Assembly (NCBI GenBank): GCA_016181585.1
Contig: JACOYX010000025.1
Coordinates: forward strand, 1 to 40,996
Length of the DNA: 40,996 bases
From: Candidatus Sungiibacteriota bacterium
Lineage (GTDB): Bacteria; Patescibacteriota; Minisyncoccia; Sungbacterales; HO2-52-23
Direction: 5' to 3'
Program-made: the position numbers and the translations under genes
Shown here: positions 40,199 to 40,996 of the stretch, piece after piece
Numbering within the stretch: the stretch's first letter is position 1
Layout of the letters: every line of letters starts with the position of its first letter
The notes under the pieces: model-generated
The model's database searches: none
Told to the model about the DNA's origin: nothing
The model's input: only the letters and a program-made list of their open reading frames with translations

Positions 40199-40744
40199 TC
40201 ATTTTTTTATAAACATAAGCCCAAAATGGTGGGCGCCGGCGGGGATTTCGCGGTCAAAGGAAAATCCGGACTGCAATACCATACTTTTGGTTTGATCGGG
40301 CGGAAGGCGAACATCTGGCGAAGGACCAAGTTTGGTTTCGGAAGCGTCCCACTCAATGATGGCAAGTCGGCCGTTGTGCCGCAAAATGCGATATGCTTCG
40401 CGGAGCAGGGTGAATTTGTCTTCTGCTTGGAAAAGGATATTGGCGATAAGTACGAGATCAACAAAACCGTCTTTCAGTTTCGATCCGCCGATCTGCTCAA
40501 GATTTCCCCACACCGGCTCTATATTTAAAAGATGCTCTATCTTTGCTTTGGTGCGGATGATATCTAGCGTTGATTTTTGTATATCGATTGCATATATTTT
40601 CCCGTCGCCCCCCACAATGCGCGACATGGGAACGGTAAAAAAACCGTGCCCTGCGCCAAAGTCCGCCACATGATCTCCTTCCTCCAATTTCAAATGCTTT
40701 ACTATTTTTTCCGGACTCAAAAATGTTTGAGAAACAGTCAGCAT
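40199..40744 (-). CDS. Class I SAM-dependent methyltransferase (small, soluble)
   Basis: Motif I VADFGAGHGFFT, acidic post-I residue AIDI, LVLIANILF. 181 aa. Confidence 0.8.
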   Translation of the reverse strand: MLTVSQTFLSPEKIVKHLKLEEGDHVADFGAGHGFFTVPMSRIVGGDGKIYAIDIQKSTLDIIRTKAKIEHLLNIEPVWGNLEQIGGSKLKDGFVDLVLIANILFQAEDKFTLLREAYRILRHNGRLAIIEWDASETKLGPSPDVRLPPDQTKSMVLQSGFSFDREIPAGAHHFGLMFIKK

Positions 40745-40750
40745 GATTTA

Positions 40751-40759
40751 AGTATAGCA
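40751..40759 (-). promoter_or_regulatory. Extended -10 promoter element 6 nt upstream of the start codon (leaderless-type)
   Basis: Minus strand: TGC-TATACT, 6 nt, ATG 40744. Confidence 0.4.
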
Positions 40760-40884
40760 GAAAATTTTGCAAATGAGCATAGTAATTTATGCACACGTTA
40801 TTCAGTAAAATCCCAAACAACAAAATCCAAATTACAAATAAATTCCAATACTCAATGAGTCAAGTTTCAAATAGGAGTTTTAAA

Positions 40885-40996
40885 GGGTCTGTTGCCGAAT
40901 ACCATTCGTTCCGAAAATGATGAATTTCTAGACAAAATTGCTGAACAAACTTTGAGGCCTATCTGGAAGATAAGCCAAAAAGTTTTGAAGCTATTT
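40885..40996. mobile_element. Family B MITE-like element, cut by the window end
   Basis: GGGTCTGTTGCCGAATACCATTCGTTCCGAAAATGATGAATTTCTAGACAAAATTGCTGAAC... Near-identical to 6738 onward and 11330 onward. Confidence 0.75.

Noticed and set aside
1-40996. A possible CRISPR array among the many palindromic repeats
   Set aside because: The repeats are dispersed singly in intergenic regions, are 50-250 bp long, and are not separated by regular short unique spacers. No cas genes are present.
1-40996. Alternative genetic code (UGA recoding, as in some CPR lineages)
   Set aside because: All motif-supported genes are full length under the standard code, and several end in TGA at the expected position.

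Overview
The window reads as a compact, gene-dense bacterial chromosome segment. Its gene content and style suggest a small-genome Patescibacteria/CPR-type organism, but that placement is my inference. Standard genetic code; no rRNA, CRISPR array, transposase or integrase is present.

Housekeeping genes:
- nusA, a K+-independent-type H+-pyrophosphatase, tig-clpP, gpmI, RNase Y, HU, rplJ-rplL, lon, purB.
- rpmG, which falls below the ORF-track length cutoff.
- Six tRNAs: Gly-UCC, Pro-UGG, Val-CAC, Trp-CCA, Thr-GGU, Leu-UAG.

Features that stand out:
1. A minus-strand run of genes encodes a lytic-transglycosylase/pilin-like fusion followed by five tandem VirB2/TrbC-like two-helix pilin paralogs, with no secretion ATPase in the window.
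2. Two paralogous HTH + LAGLIDADG-like ORFs each sit directly 5' of a tRNA gene, and one runs 63 nt into tRNA-Trp.
3. Hairpin-forming MITE-like repeats make up roughly 2.5-3 kb by hand tally. One copy demonstrably splits a GIY-YIG ORF with a 3-bp target duplication.
4. tRNA-Pro and a yraN-like nuclease gene are bracketed by inverted 129-bp elements.
5. A PIMT-MltG fusion protein.
6. An 842-aa orphan protein transcribed divergently from lon.
7. A cupredoxin-like protein with a Cys/His-rich repeat domain.
8. A chain of translationally coupled micro-ORFs behind a consensus promoter.

All coordinates come from hand counting. Functional calls rest on motifs I recognise in the translations, not on database searches.
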